DNA of 64,000 nucleotides from Psilocybe cubensis (Eukaryota), in contig CM039000.1 of the NCBI GenBank assembly GCA_017499595.2, positions 3,286,001 through 3,350,000 on the forward strand. Reading direction: 5' to 3'. Below are positions 62,937 through 64,000 of the stretch, piece by piece. The stretch's first letter is position 1. The number at the start of each line of letters is the position of its first letter. Position numbers and translations under genes: made by a program. The notes under the pieces were generated by a model. The model worked only from the letters and a program-made list of their open reading frames with translations. It was not told where the DNA came from and made no database searches.

Positions 62937-64000
62937 ATGCATCCCAGGTATCATCGACGTCTCCCACACGCTGAGCGTGCTCAACTCTGGAGACGCCAAG
63001 CGACAGCAACCAAAGCTATTGGAGAAGAGAGTGAAACTTCGACTGCCAGTTTTATCTTGACAACGCCTATTACTCTTACCATTATTCAAACTATACGAGA
63101 CTCGACGTCTACCTCTGTCTCTTCAACCTCCATCTCTACAATTGTTAAACCAACTTCATCAAGCACTTCATCAAGCTCCACTGCACAATCTACGAGTTCC
63201 ACGAGCAGCAGCAGCAGCATTTCTCAGACTTCCCTTGTGACGTCGACGGGATCATCAAGTTCATCATTATCTCCTGCTTCGTCGACGGTGTCGTCTTCGG
63301 GGACGTTAAGCGGGACTAACAGTTCCACTCCAAGTGCTGTTGGCTCACTATCATCTTCGACTAATGAACTACCCGGCGGGGCCATTGCGGCCATCGTTAT
63401 TGTGGTTATAATTTCCTTCGTCGGGGGTATCCTCTATTTAATGCGTTCAAAATCAAGACGTACTCGTATGAAGCTCAGACCTTTGTGGACGCAGTCGAAG
63501 GCACTTAACAAACCCGTCGGTATATCATCGGCAACCTATCCATTTGAACCTGTAGAGTCAGCGTACCCCGCAACAGAAACTCGTCAAGTCCCATCAAGGA
63601 CCTCTGGATTGTCTATCAGCATTCCGGCTGCTAGCGTCTCCGTGCCACCCACTTCATACAACAGTGATAGTAACAGCAGCATTTCAGCCAACATCGTATC
63701 AGCAACAAGCACATTACCCCCAACTCTAGCTGTCTATTCTCCAGGTGCAAAGTCAGCCCCGTCACCTTTCAGCGCCGTAGTGTCTTCTTCCTTCATCACC
63801 CGGCTTCCTGATGAGCTCTCAATTGCTGTAGGGGAGAGACTACGGGTCTTGGCAGAGTATGACGACGGATGGTCATTATGCATGAACAGCACAGGAGAGC
63901 AGGGTATGGTGCCCAATGAATGTCTAAATCGTGGTGGAGGTTTGTCGCAACGACCGACAATGGCACAAGCAGCGACTCAGAGTGCGGAACGAAGGAGCAG
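62937..64000 (+). CDS. Single-pass membrane protein: Ser/Thr-rich ectodomain, TM helix, C-terminal SH3 (runs off window end; absent from the ORF track)
   Basis: ATG 62937 MHPRYHRRLPHAER; long Ser/Thr tract; TM GAIAAIVIVVIISFVGGILYLM followed by RSKSRR; SH3 FITRLPDELSIAVGERLRVLAEYDDGWSLC...GMVPNECL. I saw no stop before 64000. Confidence 0.85.
   Translation, partial: MHPRYHRRLPHAERAQLWRRQATATKAIGEESETSTASFILTTPITLTIIQTIRDSTSTSVSSTSISTIVKPTSSSTSSSSTAQSTSSTSSSSSISQTSLVTSTGSSSSSLSPASSTVSSSGTLSGTNSSTPSAVGSLSSSTNELPGGAIAAIVIVVIISFVGGILYLMRSKSRRTRMKLRPLWTQSKALNKPVGISSATYPFEPVESAYPATETRQVPSRTSGLSISIPAASVSVPPTSYNSDSNSSISANIVSATSTLPPTLAVYSPGAKSAPSPFSAVVSSSFITRLPDELSIAVGERLRVLAEYDDGWSLCMNSTGEQGMVPNECLNRGGGLSQRPTMAQAATQSAERRS

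Noticed and set aside
1-64000. Stop-codon readthrough (TGA CTA) or cryptic PTS1 ends; tRNA, rRNA, CRISPR arrays, intact transposons
   Set aside because: None of the stop contexts I checked is TGA CTA. I recognised no RNA-gene folds, repeat-spacer arrays, or transposase/RT motifs by eye, though small ncRNAs could be missed.

Overview
Intron-rich eukaryotic DNA (typical introns 50-70 nt) from a mushroom-forming basidiomycete, probably Agaricales, judged from clp1, a Cop3-type terpene synthase and a FunK1 kinase; the species cannot be fixed from sequence alone. I assembled 23 protein-coding genes by hand: UTP21 (3' part), SRP receptor beta, SAR1, PIG-M/GPI14, a ZCCHC8-like zinc-knuckle/PSP protein, a DUF836 glutaredoxin-like protein, a CCCH-ankyrin-AAA+ protein, two Ser/Thr-TM-SH3 proteins, PAM17, a SNF2 helicase, a small secreted protein, a GH5 hydrolase, an F-box/WD40 protein, clp1, a CDC10-type septin, a P4-ATPase flippase, a kelch-like protein, AHA1, a Cop3-like sesquiterpene synthase, a G1 glutamic protease, a DUF3429 protein and a fungal-type kinase. 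I recognised no rRNA, tRNA, CRISPR array or intact transposon. The best leads are: (1) the long last intron of AHA1 encodes an in-frame alternative C-terminus with a transmembrane helix, suggesting a splice switch between soluble and tail-anchored Hsp90 activator; (2) the only plausible start of the ZCCHC8-like ORF lies inside the last exon of the upstream glutaredoxin-like gene (55 bp same-strand overlap); (3) a Skd3/CLPB-like ankyrin-AAA+ module is fused to a CCCH finger and a large disordered region; (4) 5 of 7 SAR1 introns are 3n and stop-free; (5) a repeat-rich, strand-skew-switching domain spans about 24-42 kb around clp1. Family assignments come from motif recognition and memory, not database searches.
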